A stretch of 64,000 nucleotides of DNA, taken from assembly GCA_937983335.1 (NCBI GenBank), contig CALKAB010000016.1, positions 1,106 through 65,105 on the forward strand. Direction: 5' to 3'. The stretch is from an uncultured Opitutaceae bacterium. GTDB lineage: Bacteria; Verrucomicrobiota; Verrucomicrobiia; Opitutales; Opitutaceae. The position numbers and the translations under genes are program-made. Below are positions 43,789 through 54,261 of the stretch, piece by piece; the stretch's first letter is position 1; every line of letters begins with the position of its first letter. The notes under the pieces were generated by a model. The model saw nothing but the letters and a program-made list of their open reading frames with translations, ran no database searches and was not told the DNA's origin.

Positions 43789-46700
43789 TCAACCGACCCA
43801 CGTCCGGGCGTTGTAGAAGAGCTGCATCCAGGGGGAGTCTTCGCCCCATTCTTTCGGCGACCAGCTCATGCAGAAGGACCGGAAGACACGTTCAGGGTGG
43901 GGCATCATGATCGTGACGCGGCCGGAGGGAGTCGTGAGCGCGGTCATGCCGAAGGGGGAGCTGTTCGGGTTGAGCGGATAGAGCTCGGTCGGCTGGTGGT
44001 GGTTGTCCACGAAGCGGGCGGCGACGAGGCCGGAGGCGCTGAAGGCGGCGGCTGCGGCGGTGTCGGGGAACTCGGCGTAACCCTCGCCGTGGGCGACGGC
44101 GATCGGGATGACGGAGCCTTCCATGCCGCGGAAGAGGATACTCGGGCTCTTCTCGATCTTCAGCGAAGCGAAGCGGCCCTCGTAGCGCTCGGATTTGTTC
44201 TGCACGAAGCGCGGCCAGTTTTCCGCGCCGGGGATGATGGACTTGAGGTTGCTGACCATCTGGCAGCCGTTGCACACGCCGAGCGCGAAGGCGTCCTCGC
44301 GGGTAAAGTAGGCTGCGAACTCGGCGCGGGCGCGCTCGTTGAAAAGGGCGCTCTTGGCCCAGCCTTCGCCGGCGCCGAGCACGTCGCCGTAGCTGAAGCC
44401 GCCGCAGGCCGCGAGGCCGCGGAACTCCTTGAGCGAAACGCGGCCGGCGAGGATGTCGGACATGTGCACGTCCACTGCGCGGAAGCCGGCGCGCGTGAAG
44501 GCGGCGGCCATCTCGACCTCGCCGTTCACGCCCTGTTCGCGCAGGATGGCAACCTTGGGTGGAGAAACTTGAGACTTGAGACCTGGAACCTGAGAGACGG
44601 AAGGCTTGATGTCGAAAGTAAGCTTCGGAGTGATGCCGGGATTCTTCGGATCGAGGCGGACTTGGTGTTCCTGCTCGGCGTGAACCGGGTTGTCGCGGAG
44701 CGCGGCGATGCGGCGGGTGACGTCGGACCAGATGGCGCGGAGCGCGAAGAGATTTTCCTCGATGAGCACCTTGCCGTTTTGCGTGACGCGGAAGGTATGC
44801 GTTTCGTTCAGCGTGCCCAGGCGGGAAACGCACGCCTTCAGGCCGTGCGAACGGAAGGCGAGCAGCACATCGTCGAGGTCCGACTCGCGGACTTGCACGA
44901 CGGCGCCGAGTTCCTCGTTGAAGAGGGCGGCGAAGGGTTCGTGCAGGTGCGGAATCTCGATGCTCACACCCGTGTGGCCGGCGAAGGTCATCTCGACCGC
45001 CGTGGCGAGCAGGCCGCCGTCGGAGCGGTCGTGGTAGGCGAGGAGTTTTTGCTCGCGGCCGAGCTGCTGGATGGCGTTCCAGAAATTCTTGAGGTCGGCG
45101 GCGCTGTCCACGTCGGGCGTGGCTTCGCCCATCTGCGAGACGACCTGAGCGAGAATGGAACCGCCGAGGCGATTCTTGCTGCGACCGAGATCAACCAGGA
45201 GAAGGACGGAGTCGGCGACCGGCTGGAGCTGCGGAGTGAGCGTGAGCCGGATGTCGGTGACGGGCGAGAAGGCGGAGACGATGAGCGAGATGGGCGCGGT
45301 GATGCGCTTCTGCCGGTCGCCGTCCTTTCCTTTTTCCTGCCAAACGGTGCTCATGCTCATCGAGTCCTTGCCGACGGGAATCGTGATGCCGAGGGCGGGG
45401 CAGAGTTCCATGCCCACGGCCTGCACGGCGGCGTAGAGATCGGCGGCGTCGCCGGGCACGGCGGGCGCGGCCATCCAGTTGGCGGAGAGGTTGACCTTGC
45501 CGAGGTCGCCGATCTGGGCGGCGGCGAGATTGGTCAGCGCCTCGCCGACGGCGAGGCGGGCCGAGGCGGCGGCGTTGTTGACGGCGACGGGCGTGCGTTC
45601 GCCCATGGCCATGGCCTCGCCGGTGTAAACGTCGAAGGTGGCGGCGGTGACGGCGCAGTCGGCGACAGGCACCTGCCAGGGGCCGACCATCTGGTCGCGT
45701 GCGATGAGTCCGCCGAGCGTGCGGTCGCCGATGGAGATGAGGAAGGTCTTGTCGGCGACGGCCGGGTGGGCGAGCACGCGCTTCACGGCTTCGTGGAGCG
45801 TCACGCCGCGCAGGTCGAGCGGTCGGAGCGGACGCTGGAGCGACTGCTCCTTGCGGTGCATGCGCGGCGGTTTGCCGAGCAGGACCTCGAGCGGCATGTC
45901 GATGGGTGTGTTCTTGAAATGCGGATCCTCGACGACGAGCCGTTTTTCCTCGGTGGCTTCGCCGACGATGGCGTAGGGCGCGCGCTCGCGTTCGCAGAGT
46001 TGCTGGAAGGTCGCGATGCGCTCGGCGGGGATGGCGAGGACGTAGCGCTCCTGCGATTCGTTGCACCAGAGTTCGAGCGGCGACATGCCGGGCTCGTCGT
46101 TGGGCAGCTTGCGCAGGTCGAATTTGCCGCCGCGGCCGCCGTCGTTGACGAGTTCGGGCAGGGCGTTGGAGACGCCGCCGGCGCCGACGTCGTGGATGAA
46201 GGCGATGGGGTTGTCGGCGCCGAGCGCCCAGCAGCGGTCGATGACTTCCTGGCAGCGGCGCTCCATCTCGGCGTTGTCACGCTGCACGCTGGCGAAATCG
46301 AGGTCCTCGCTGCCGTGGCCGCTGGCCATGGAGCTGGCCGCGCCGCCGCCGAGACCGATCAACATGGCGGGTCCGCCGAGCACGACGAGCTTGTCGCCGG
46401 GGTTGATTTTTCCCTTCTGCACGTGCTCACCGCGAATGTTGCCGAGACCGCCCGCGAGCATGATGGGTTTGTGATAACCGCGGAGTTCGGAGCCCTTGGC
46501 GCCGGGCACCTCCTGCTCGAACGTGCGGAAATAGCCGTTGATCGCGGGGCGGCCGAACTCGTTGTTGAACGCCGCGCCGCCGAGCGGGCCCTCGATCATG
46601 ATGTCGAGCGCGGAGACGATGCGGCCGGGTTTGCCGTTATCCTTTTCCCATGGCTGGATCGCGCCGGGAATGCGCAGGTTCGAAACGCTGAAGCCGACGA

Positions 46701-47718
46701 GGCCGGCCTTGGGTTTGCCGCCGCGGCCGGTGGCGCCCTCGTCACGGATCTCGCCGCCGGAGCCGGTGGCCGCGCCGGGGTAGGGCGAGATGGCGGTCGG
46801 GTGGTTGTGCGTCTCGACCTTGCAGAGGATGTGGATGTCCTCGGGGGAAGTCGTGTAATCGTTGGTGCGCGGGTCGGCGTAGAAGCGGCCACCCTTCGTG
46901 CCCACCAGCACGGCGGCGTTGTCCTTGTAGGCGGAGAGGATGCCGTCGCTGTGCAGCTGGTAGGTGTTCTTGATCATCTGGAACAGCGACTTGTCCTTCG
47001 CGGAGCCGTCGATTTCCCAGGTGGCGTTGAAGATCTTGTGGCGACAGTGCTCGGAGTTGGCCTGCGCGAACATCATCAGCTCGATGTCATGGGGGTCGCG
47101 GCCGAGCTTGGTGAAGGCGGCGACGAGGTAGTCGATCTCATCCTCGGCGAGGGCGAGGCCGAGGTCCTGGTTGGCGGCGACCAGCGCGGTGCGTCCGCCC
47201 GTGAGCACCGGCACGGTGGTCATCGGCCGGGGCGACTCGTGTCGGAAGAGCGCGGCGCACTCGTCAAGCGAGCCGAACACCGCCTGCGTCATCCGGTCGT
47301 GGAGCTTGGCACGGAGGAGGGCGAGGGTGGCGGCTGGCACCACGTGCAGCGGCGGCTGCAGGGCGGCATTGTCCCACTCCAGCCAGTAGGCGACCACGCG
47401 CTCGATGCGTTTTACCCGGGTCAGGCCGCAGAGGTGGGCGATATCAGTGGCCTTGGAGGACCACGGGGAAATGGTGCCGGGCCGCGGGGCGACCACCTGC
47501 AGGAACCCCGCCGGCGAGCCCGCGGTGCGCCGGGGGCCGTAGGTGAGCAGTTTCTCCAGGACCGATTGTTCGGCGGGTGCCAGGTCGGCATCCGTCTCGA
47601 CCAGGTGCACAAAGGCGGTGGCGAGGCCCCGCACCGGCACCCCGGCGGAAATCAGTTCCTGCCGGAGTTTCTGCACTCGAAAGTCGGAGAGGGCGGGCGC
47701 GCCGCGGAGAATCAGCAT
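43789..47718 (-). CDS. purL: phosphoribosylformylglycinamidine synthase, single-chain large form
   Basis: Internal ATG at 47718 gives [18 protein letters not shown]..., the typical large-PurL N-terminus (1309 aa). C-terminal glutaminase domain ([12 protein letters not shown]). Confidence 0.9.
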   Translation of the reverse strand: MLILRGAPALSDFRVQKLRQELISAGVPVRGLATAFVHLVETDADLAPAEQSVLEKLLTYGPRRTAGSPAGFLQVVAPRPGTISPWSSKATDIAHLCGLTRVKRIERVVAYWLEWDNAALQPPLHVVPAATLALLRAKLHDRMTQAVFGSLDECAALFRHESPRPMTTVPVLTGGRTALVAANQDLGLALAEDEIDYLVAAFTKLGRDPHDIELMMFAQANSEHCRHKIFNATWEIDGSAKDKSLFQMIKNTYQLHSDGILSAYKDNAAVLVGTKGGRFYADPRTNDYTTSPEDIHILCKVETHNHPTAISPYPGAATGSGGEIRDEGATGRGGKPKAGLVGFSVSNLRIPGAIQPWEKDNGKPGRIVSALDIMIEGPLGGAAFNNEFGRPAINGYFRTFEQEVPGAKGSELRGYHKPIMLAGGLGNIRGEHVQKGKINPGDKLVVLGGPAMLIGLGGGAASSMASGHGSEDLDFASVQRDNAEMERRCQEVIDRCWALGADNPIAFIHDVGAGGVSNALPELVNDGGRGGKFDLRKLPNDEPGMSPLELWCNESQERYVLAIPAERIATFQQLCERERAPYAIVGEATEEKRLVVEDPHFKNTPIDMPLEVLLGKPPRMHRKEQSLQRPLRPLDLRGVTLHEAVKRVLAHPAVADKTFLISIGDRTLGGLIARDQMVGPWQVPVADCAVTAATFDVYTGEAMAMGERTPVAVNNAAASARLAVGEALTNLAAAQIGDLGKVNLSANWMAAPAVPGDAADLYAAVQAVGMELCPALGITIPVGKDSMSMSTVWQEKGKDGDRQKRITAPISLIVSAFSPVTDIRLTLTPQLQPVADSVLLLVDLGRSKNRLGGSILAQVVSQMGEATPDVDSAADLKNFWNAIQQLGREQKLLAYHDRSDGGLLATAVEMTFAGHTGVSIEIPHLHEPFAALFNEELGAVVQVRESDLDDVLLAFRSHGLKACVSRLGTLNETHTFRVTQNGKVLIEENLFALRAIWSDVTRRIAALRDNPVHAEQEHQVRLDPKNPGITPKLTFDIKPSVSQVPGLKSQVSPPKVAILREQGVNGEVEMAAAFTRAGFRAVDVHMSDILAGRVSLKEFRGLAACGGFSYGDVLGAGEGWAKSALFNERARAEFAAYFTREDAFALGVCNGCQMVSNLKSIIPGAENWPRFVQNKSERYEGRFASLKIEKSPSILFRGMEGSVIPIAVAHGEGYAEFPDTAAAAAFSASGLVAARFVDNHHQPTELYPLNPNSSPFGMTALTTPSGRVTIMMPHPERVFRSFCMSWSPKEWGEDSPWMQLFYNARTWVG

Positions 47719-47939
47719 GGTCGGAAGCGCGATGTTTCCCAACATCAGGGGCGCGTCAAGGGGACTGACGCACATCCGGGCGGGCTTTTCGGCTGCTGAC
47801 CGAGAAAGCCGTTGACGATGGACCGTGACTCGGCGGAATAAGCGCTTTTGACGCCCGTGAGGACCAATTTCCACCCAACAACCAACCGCAACTCGCCACA
47901 CCGGGTCGGTGTGGCCGGAAACCGGACGGGAGCCGCGTC

Positions 47940-49847
47940 ATGAGCGACCGGCTGACCCACGAATGCGGCGTCGCCCTCGTGCGGTTGCTCAAGCCGCTGA
48001 GCCACTATCAGGAAAAATACGGCACGCCCCTGTGGGGTTTTACCAAGCTTTTCCTGCTGATGGAGAAGCAGCACAACCGCGGCCAGGACGGCGCGGGCGC
48101 GGCCTGCGTGAAGCTCGGCATGCCGGCCGGCGAGGCGTTCATGTTCCGCGAGCGCAGCGTGAAGGGCAACCCGCTCGACAAGGTCTTCAAGGGCCTGCTC
48201 GCGCAATACAACGAGAAGGTCGGCGCCGGCGTCATCCACCCCGAGTTTCCCGACACCGTGAAGAAGTCCTTCGACTTCGGCGGCGAACTGCTGATGGGCC
48301 ACCTGCGCTACGGCACCAGCGGCGGCTACAACCTCTCCTCCTGCCACCCGTTTTTCCGGCGCAGCCCCTGGCCGACGCGCAACCTCGCCCTCTGCGGCAA
48401 TTTCAACCTCACCAACACCACCGAGCTCAACCAGTCGCTCACCGCGATGGGCCAGCATCCGATCTACGCGACGGACACGCAGGCGGTGCTGGAGAAGATC
48501 GGCTTCTTCCTCGATGAGGAGCACGAGGACCTTTACCGGCAGTTGCGCACCACCGGTCTGAGCGGCGAGGACATCTCCCAGCGCATCAGCGAGGAACTCG
48601 ATCTCACGCGCGTGCTGACCCGTGCCGCCCAGAAATGGGACGGCGGCTACACGCTCTGCGGGCTGACCGGCAACGGCGACGCCTTCGTGGCCCGCGACCC
48701 GTCGGGCATCCGGCCCTGTTTCTACTACCGCGACGAGGAGGTCGTGGCCTTCGCCTCCGAGCGCGCGCCGCTCATGACGGTGTTCGACCTCGCCGCGGAG
48801 CAGGTGAAGGAGGTCGAGCCCGGCCACGTCGTCGTGATCAAGCGCGCCGGCGCGGTGACGGAGGCGGCCTTCACCGCGCCGCTGCCGCGGGCCTCCTGCT
48901 CGTTTGAGCGCATCTACTTTTCCCGGGGCAACGACCTCGACATCTACGCCGAGCGCAAGGCGCTGGGCGCGCAGCTCTGCGACCAGGTCATCCAGTCCAT
49001 CGGCCACGATTGGACGAACACCGTCTTCAGCTTCATCCCCAACACCGCCGAGACCGCCTACTACGGCCTCATGTCGGCGCTGCGCGAGCGGCGCCGCACG
49101 GAGGTGAAGGCCGCGATCCTCGAGGCCAGCGCCGCCGGGAAGCTCACCGAGGCCGTGCTCGACGACCTCATCCTCAACAACTGGCCGCGCAGCGAGAAGG
49201 TGGTGAGCAAGGACATCAAGCTGCGCACCTTCATCGGCCAGGAGAGCATGCGCAACCAGCTCGCCAGCCACGTTTACGACATCAGCTACGGCTCGGTGAA
49301 GCCCGGCGACAACCTTGTGTGTGTGGACGATTCCATCGTCCGCGGCACCACGCTGCGCAAGTCCATCCTCCGCATCCTCGCCCGGCTCCAGCCGCGCAAG
49401 ATCGTCATTGTCTCGACCGCCCCGCAGATCCGCTATCCCGACTGCTACGGCATCGACATGTCCGAGCTGGGCAAGTTCATCGCCTTCGAGGCGGCGGTGG
49501 ACCTGTTGCAGGAACGCGGCCAGGGCGACCTGCTGCAGGAGGTTTACGCGCTCTGCCGCGAGGAGGTGGCGAAGGGCGGGACCACCAACCAGGTGCGAAA
49601 GCTCTACGAGCCGTTCACCCCGGAGGAAATCTCGGCCCGGATCGCGCAGCGCGTGCGACCGAAGGGCGCGGACTGGAACGGCGAGGTGGAGATCATCTTC
49701 CAGAAGATCGGGAGCCTTCACGCCGCCGTGCCAAACCACACCGGCGACTGGTATTTCACCGGCCGCTATCCGACCCCCGGCGGCTACCGCGTCGTCAACC
49801 AGGCCTTTGTGAACTATTTCGAGAAGGCCGAGGGGCGGAGCTATTGA
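47940..49847 (+). CDS. purF: amidophosphoribosyltransferase (long class-II Gn-AT type)
   Basis: 635 aa. N-terminal nucleophile context THECGVALV. PRTase motif VCVDDSIVRGTT. Confidence 0.8.
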   Translation: MSDRLTHECGVALVRLLKPLSHYQEKYGTPLWGFTKLFLLMEKQHNRGQDGAGAACVKLGMPAGEAFMFRERSVKGNPLDKVFKGLLAQYNEKVGAGVIHPEFPDTVKKSFDFGGELLMGHLRYGTSGGYNLSSCHPFFRRSPWPTRNLALCGNFNLTNTTELNQSLTAMGQHPIYATDTQAVLEKIGFFLDEEHEDLYRQLRTTGLSGEDISQRISEELDLTRVLTRAAQKWDGGYTLCGLTGNGDAFVARDPSGIRPCFYYRDEEVVAFASERAPLMTVFDLAAEQVKEVEPGHVVVIKRAGAVTEAAFTAPLPRASCSFERIYFSRGNDLDIYAERKALGAQLCDQVIQSIGHDWTNTVFSFIPNTAETAYYGLMSALRERRRTEVKAAILEASAAGKLTEAVLDDLILNNWPRSEKVVSKDIKLRTFIGQESMRNQLASHVYDISYGSVKPGDNLVCVDDSIVRGTTLRKSILRILARLQPRKIVIVSTAPQIRYPDCYGIDMSELGKFIAFEAAVDLLQERGQGDLLQEVYALCREEVAKGGTTNQVRKLYEPFTPEEISARIAQRVRPKGADWNGEVEIIFQKIGSLHAAVPNHTGDWYFTGRYPTPGGYRVVNQAFVNYFEKAEGRSY

Positions 49848-49849
49848 GG

Positions 49850-49950
49850 GATTTTCGATTTTGGACTCTCGATTTTGGATTACAGACCCAAAACCGCGCC
49901 CTTGTGAATCCGGATAAAAATCGAAAATCCAGAATCGAAAATCGAAAATT
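49850..49950. repeat. CGATTTTGGA-word palindromic intergenic element between purF and purM
   Basis: Left arm GATTTTCGATTTTGGACTCTCGATTTTGGATT (49850-49881). Right arm AAAATCGAAAATCCAGAATCGAAAATCGAAAATT (49917-49950). Confidence 0.8.
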
Positions 49951-49953
49951 TCC

Positions 49954-51060
49954 ATGTCCCTGAGCTACGAAAGTTCCGGCGTTCGCTACGACCAGCTCGA
50001 TGCGTTCAAGCGCGCCTGCCAGCAGGCGGCGCGCACGACGGCCCCGCTGCTGCAGGACCACGGTTACACCGAGCCCGCGACCACCCGCGGCGAGAGCGCC
50101 TACCTGATCGAGGCGGCCGACCACTACCTCGCGCATGTCGAGGAGGGTCTCGGCACCAAGAACCTCGTGGCCGATGCGGTTTACGCGGCGACGGGCAAAA
50201 ACTTTTACCGCGAGATCGCCATCGATACCGTGGCGACGATCGTGAACGACCTCGCCACCTGCGGCGCACTGCCGATCTCGGTGGCGATGCACGCGGCCGT
50301 GGGCGACTCCGGCTGGTTCGCCGACGCGCCGCGGATGCAGGCGCTCGTCGCGGGCTGGGCCGAGGGCTGCCGGCAGGCCGGCGCGGTGTGGGGCGGGGGC
50401 GAGACCCCGACGCTCAAGGGCATCGTCAATCCCGACACGATCGTGCTGGCGGGTTCCGCCATCGGCAAGATCGCCCCGAAGTCGCTGCGCATCACGGGCG
50501 ACGTGCGCGACGGCGACCACATCATCTTCCTCGCCAGCTCCGGCGTGCAGACCAACGGCCTCTCGCTCTGCCGGCTCATTGCGGAAAAGCTGCCGCAGGG
50601 CTACCAGACGCCCATCGGCCACGGCGACCCGCGCACCTACGGCGAGGCGCTGCTCGCGCCGTCGGTCATCTACGTGAAGTTTGTCGCGGAGTGCCAGCGG
50701 CGCGGGCTGAAGCTCAACTATGTCGCGCACGTCACGGGTCACGGCTGGCGCAAACTGATGCGCTTGGAGGAGCCCTTCGTTTACGAGATCACCGCGCCGC
50801 GCGCGCCGCTGCCCTTGTTTAAGTTTCTGCAGGAGGCGGGGCCGATCTCGGAGCGCGAGATGTATGCGACCTTCAATCAGGGCGTGGGCTTCGCCGCCTA
50901 CGTGGATCCGTCCGTCAGCGCCGCCGTGCTCGCCGCCGCCCAGGCCGCCGGCTACGCCGCGTGGCTCGCCGGCCGCGTGAAGAAGGAGGGCACCCGCAAG
51001 GCCGTGGTCGTGCCGTCGCTCAACCTCACCTTCGGCGGCGACACCCTGCAGGTGCGCTGA
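49954..51060 (+). CDS. purM: AIR synthase (PurM)-like protein, probable phosphoribosylformylglycinamidine cyclo-ligase
   Basis: 368 aa. PurM-family pattern EEGLGTKNLVA, and a GGETP block. Lies next to purF. Confidence 0.65.
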   Translation: MSLSYESSGVRYDQLDAFKRACQQAARTTAPLLQDHGYTEPATTRGESAYLIEAADHYLAHVEEGLGTKNLVADAVYAATGKNFYREIAIDTVATIVNDLATCGALPISVAMHAAVGDSGWFADAPRMQALVAGWAEGCRQAGAVWGGGETPTLKGIVNPDTIVLAGSAIGKIAPKSLRITGDVRDGDHIIFLASSGVQTNGLSLCRLIAEKLPQGYQTPIGHGDPRTYGEALLAPSVIYVKFVAECQRRGLKLNYVAHVTGHGWRKLMRLEEPFVYEITAPRAPLPLFKFLQEAGPISEREMYATFNQGVGFAAYVDPSVSAAVLAAAQAAGYAAWLAGRVKKEGTRKAVVVPSLNLTFGGDTLQVR

Positions 51061-51111
51061 CCGGGTGCGACGTTGACGCGGCCGGCTTTGTCGCCCAACG
51101 CTGCCAGCCCG

Positions 51112-51813
51112 ATGCGCCCCGTTGTCCAGATTTCCCTCGACCTGACCGACATCCGGGAGGCGCTGGCCACCGCCGAACTCGCATTGCGCGCCGGGGTGGA
51201 CTGGCTGGAGGCGGGCACGCCGTTGCTTTTGGCCGAGGGTCTGCATGGGGTGCGGGCGCTACGGGAGCGGTTTTCCGGCGTGCCCATCGTGGCCGACCTC
51301 AAGACGATGGACGGCGGCTACCTGGAGGCCGAGATGATGGCGAAGGCCGGGGCGACCCATGTCGTCGTCATGGCCCGGGCGCACGAGGAGACGATCAAGT
51401 GTGTGGTCAAAGCCGGGCGCGATTGCGGCGTGAAGGTGATGGGCGACAACCTCGGCTGTCCCGACATGGTTGCGGGCGCGCGGCTGATCGAGGATCTGGG
51501 CTGCGATTTTGTGATCCACCACATCGGTTACGACGAGCGCCGTGGCATCGCGGCGAGCGGTCGCCGCATGCCGAGCCCGCTCGACCGGCTGCGCGAGGTC
51601 GTCCAAGCCGTGCGCGTGCCGGTGCAGGCCGTGGGTGGTCTTACGCTGGAGCAGGCCGTACGGACACCGGAATACGGCGCGCCCCTCGTGGTGATCGGCG
51701 CGCCGCTGGCGGTGGACGCCGATGCCTTCCGCACCGCCGACGGCAATCTGGAAGGCACCCTGCGGCTCATCTGCGAGCGCGTGCACGCCTACGGCGAGGT
51801 CGCCGTTGGCTGA
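51112..51813 (+). CDS. 3-hexulose-6-phosphate synthase / 3-keto-L-gulonate-6-P decarboxylase family (OMP decarboxylase fold)
   Basis: Sequence VVQISLDLTDIREAL ... LEAGTPLLLAEGLHGVRALRERF ... IVADLKTMDGGYLEAEMMAKAGA matches the HPS/KGPDC family closely. The track start at 51073 is TTG; the ATG at 51112 is preferred. Confidence 0.75.
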   Translation: MRPVVQISLDLTDIREALATAELALRAGVDWLEAGTPLLLAEGLHGVRALRERFSGVPIVADLKTMDGGYLEAEMMAKAGATHVVVMARAHEETIKCVVKAGRDCGVKVMGDNLGCPDMVAGARLIEDLGCDFVIHHIGYDERRGIAASGRRMPSPLDRLREVVQAVRVPVQAVGGLTLEQAVRTPEYGAPLVVIGAPLAVDADAFRTADGNLEGTLRLICERVHAYGEVAVG

Positions 51814-51825
51814 AACCATTTCCCC

Positions 51826-52851
51826 ATGAAAAGCCCCGCCGTTGTTAATTTTGCTCCTGAAGCCGGCAGCGTTGAGCTGCGCGAGTTTGCCCGACCCGAG
51901 CCGGGGCCGGAGGATGTCATCCTCGCGGTCGAGGCGGTCGGCGTCTGCGGCAGCGACCTGCACCAGTGGCACAGCACGCACAGTTGGCCGGTGAATTATC
52001 CCGTCGTGCTCGGGCATGAGTTCGGCGGCGTGATTGCGGCGACCGGGAGCGCGGTGAAGGCCTGGCGCGAGGGCGACCGCGTGGTCAGCGAGACGGCGGC
52101 GGTGATCAATCCCGACAGTCCGCTCAGCCGCGCGGGGCTCTATAATCTCGACCCGACCCGCAAGGGCTTCGGCTACGGCGTGGACGGGGCCATGACCCGG
52201 TTTGTCCGCGTGCCGGCCCGCTGCCTGCACCGCGTGCCGGCCGGTCTGGCGATGGAAATCGCCGCGCTCACCGAGCCTTGCTGCGTGGCCTACAATGCCG
52301 TGGTCAACAACGCGAAGATTCTGCCCGGCGACCGGGTGATCGTGCTCGGTCCGGGACCGATCGGCATCCTGTGCGCGGCCATGGCCCGGCTCGCCGGTGC
52401 GCAGGTGGCGCTGGTGGGCCTGGAGCGGGACAAGGCGCGGTTGGAAAAGGCGAAAGCCTACGGCTGCGAAGTGATCATCGGCGATGCGACCGCCTGGGCA
52501 AAAGAACGTGACGGGCTCGGCGCCGACGGCGTGATTGATGCCGCCGGCGCCTCGGCCGCGCTCAAGGTCGCGCTCGAACTCGTGCGGCCCAACGGCTGGA
52601 TCAGCAAGGTGGGCTGGGGCCCGCAGCCGCTGAACTTCTCCCTCGATCCCTTGGTGCAGAAAAACATCACGCTGCAGGGCAGCTTTTCGCACAACTGGCC
52701 CGTGTGGGAGCGCGTGCTGGCGCTGCTCGGCTCGGGCCAGCTCGACGTGCGGCCGGTCCTCGGCGGCATCTGGGGGCTGGAGGCCTGGCACGAGGCGTTT
52801 GATAAAATGCACCGCGGCGAAATCGTGAAGGCCGTGCTAAAACCCGCCTGA
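51826..52851 (+). CDS. Zn-dependent medium-chain alcohol/polyol dehydrogenase (sorbitol/threonine DH-like)
   Basis: 341 aa. Motifs GVCGSDLH and GHEFGG, Rossmann motif VLGPGPIG. Confidence 0.8.
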   Translation: MKSPAVVNFAPEAGSVELREFARPEPGPEDVILAVEAVGVCGSDLHQWHSTHSWPVNYPVVLGHEFGGVIAATGSAVKAWREGDRVVSETAAVINPDSPLSRAGLYNLDPTRKGFGYGVDGAMTRFVRVPARCLHRVPAGLAMEIAALTEPCCVAYNAVVNNAKILPGDRVIVLGPGPIGILCAAMARLAGAQVALVGLERDKARLEKAKAYGCEVIIGDATAWAKERDGLGADGVIDAAGASAALKVALELVRPNGWISKVGWGPQPLNFSLDPLVQKNITLQGSFSHNWPVWERVLALLGSGQLDVRPVLGGIWGLEAWHEAFDKMHRGEIVKAVLKPA

Positions 52852-52856
52852 TCACC

Positions 52857-53318
52857 ATGGCCGACCACAAGGCGACGATTGCCTGGCAGCGCAACGGCCC
52901 GGATTTTCTGAAAGGCCGCTACTCGCGCGAGCACACCTGGAGCTTTGACGGCGGCGTGACCGTGCCGGCTTCGCCGGCGCCCAGCGTCGTGCCGGTGCCG
53001 TGGTCGAACCCGGCCAATGTCGATCCCGAGGAGGCGTTTGTCGCCGCGGTGGCGAGCTGCCACATGCTGACGTTTCTTTTCCTCGCGGCGCGCGCGGGGT
53101 ATGAGGTGGAGAGCTACCGCGACGAGGCCGTGGGCATCATGACCAAAAACGAGCGCGGCGTGCCGTGGGTCAGCCTCATCACGCTGCGGCCGGTGATTGC
53201 CTATGGTGGCGAAAAACGTCCGGATGCAGCGGCCATGGAAGACCTGCATCACCGGGCGCACGAGCAGTGTTTCATCGCCAATTCGGTCAAGACCGAGGTT
53301 AAGGTCGAGGCGGTTTGA
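52857..53318 (+). CDS. OsmC/Ohr family peroxiredoxin-like protein
   Basis: 153 aa. Two conserved Cys contexts (VASCHMLTF and HEQCFIANS). Confidence 0.75.
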   Translation: MADHKATIAWQRNGPDFLKGRYSREHTWSFDGGVTVPASPAPSVVPVPWSNPANVDPEEAFVAAVASCHMLTFLFLAARAGYEVESYRDEAVGIMTKNERGVPWVSLITLRPVIAYGGEKRPDAAAMEDLHHRAHEQCFIANSVKTEVKVEAV

Positions 53319-53329
53319 TCTGATTTTTT

Positions 53330-53467
53330 AAACCACGAATGGACACCAATGCACGCGAATGGAAATCTCGGCAAGACGGCCTTCATTCAGATTCGCAGCC
53401 GGCGGCAAAGCCGATGATTTCTGAGACGGTTTTTATTATTCGTGTGAATTCGTGTCCATTCGTGGTT
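53330..53467. repeat. CACGAAT-word palindromic intergenic element
   Basis: Left arm AAACCACGAATGGACACCAATGCACGCGAATGG (53330-53362). The right arm ATTCGTGTGAATTCGTGTCCATTCGTGGTT (53438-53467) has reverse complement AACCACGAATGGACACGAATTCACACGAAT. Confidence 0.85.
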
Positions 53468-53478
53468 CCTCTCCTTCC

Positions 53479-54255
53479 ATGCGTCTGAAAGACAAAGTCA
53501 TCATCGTCACCGGCGGCACGAGCGGCATCGGCCGGGCCATCGCGGAGCGCTGCGTTGCCGAGGGCGCGCGGGTGCTCGTCCACGGCCTTGACCGCGCGGA
53601 AGGAGAAGCGCTGGTGGCGAAGCTGGGTGTGGCGGCGGCACTCCAGATCGACGACTTGGTGGACCCGGCGGCGCCGGCACGCATCGTGGCGGCGGCGGTG
53701 GCGGCCTTCGGCAAGGTCACCGGCCTTGTGAACAACGCCGCCATCGTGCCGCGCGAGACGCTGCACACCATCACGCCGGAGAAATTCGAGCGCACCATGG
53801 CCATCAATGTGCGCGCGCCGCTGTTCCTCATCCAGGCGGCGTTTCCCCACCTGCAGGCGCAGCAGGGCAGCGTGCTCAACATCGGCTCGATCAACGCGCT
53901 CAGCGGCGAGGCGACCTTTATCGATTACAGCATCTCGAAGGGCGCCCTGCAGACGCTCTCCCGCAACCTCGCCAACGCCCACGGCACCGACCGCGTGCGT
54001 TTCACCCATTTCAATGTCGGCTGGGTGCTGACCGCGCGCGAGCAGGCGGCGCAGGTGGCGCAGGGACTCCCGGCGGACTGGGCGGAAAATCTTCCGCCGC
54101 TCTACGCGCCCTCGGGCCGGCTGATCCAACCGGAGGAGATCGCCGCCGCCGCGGTTTATTGGCTGGGCGACGAATCGGGGCCGATCACCGGCACGGTGCT
54201 CGAGCTGGAACAATTTTCCGTCTATGGCCGCAACCCGGTGAAAACCAAGGAGTGA
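53479..54255 (+). CDS. short-chain dehydrogenase/reductase (SDR)
   Basis: Internal ATG at 53479 (MRLKDKVIIVTGGTSGIGRAIA), NNAA and YSISKGA motifs. The upstream part of the track ORF lies inside a palindromic repeat. Confidence 0.8.
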   Translation: MRLKDKVIIVTGGTSGIGRAIAERCVAEGARVLVHGLDRAEGEALVAKLGVAAALQIDDLVDPAAPARIVAAAVAAFGKVTGLVNNAAIVPRETLHTITPEKFERTMAINVRAPLFLIQAAFPHLQAQQGSVLNIGSINALSGEATFIDYSISKGALQTLSRNLANAHGTDRVRFTHFNVGWVLTAREQAAQVAQGLPADWAENLPPLYAPSGRLIQPEEIAAAAVYWLGDESGPITGTVLELEQFSVYGRNPVKTKE

Positions 54256-54261
54256 GTTTCT

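Noticed and set aside
43759-47799. 1346-aa plus-strand ORF, and similar very long ORFs at 209-1741 (+), 14605-15876 (-), 25423-27135 (-), 29775-31883 (-), 47745-49955 (-), 40910-42355 (+), 41940-43697 (+) and 60242-61741 (+).
   Set aside because: They are antisense shadows of well-supported genes (purL, the HD hydrolase, DegT, the CrtI-like gene, kinase K2, purF, YfcC, the SBP and the histidine kinase). Their translations are low-complexity, rich in Arg, Gly, Ala, Asp and Glu, with no motifs. Long antisense ORFs are expected at this GC content.
47820-47838. ZTP (pfl) riboswitch upstream of purF.
   Set aside because: Only a partial match to the conserved core. No complementary P1 strand and no 3' CCGCCUGGGC-type pseudoknot partner could be found on either strand.
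49850-49950. Could the short tandem words (here and at 8282, 29051, 53330, 54262, 58351) be miniature CRISPR arrays?
   Set aside because: The units are 7-10 nt with no unique spacers. They are arranged as inverted arms around one spacer, there are only 2-3 units per arm, and no cas genes are present. They are palindromic intergenic repeats, not CRISPRs.
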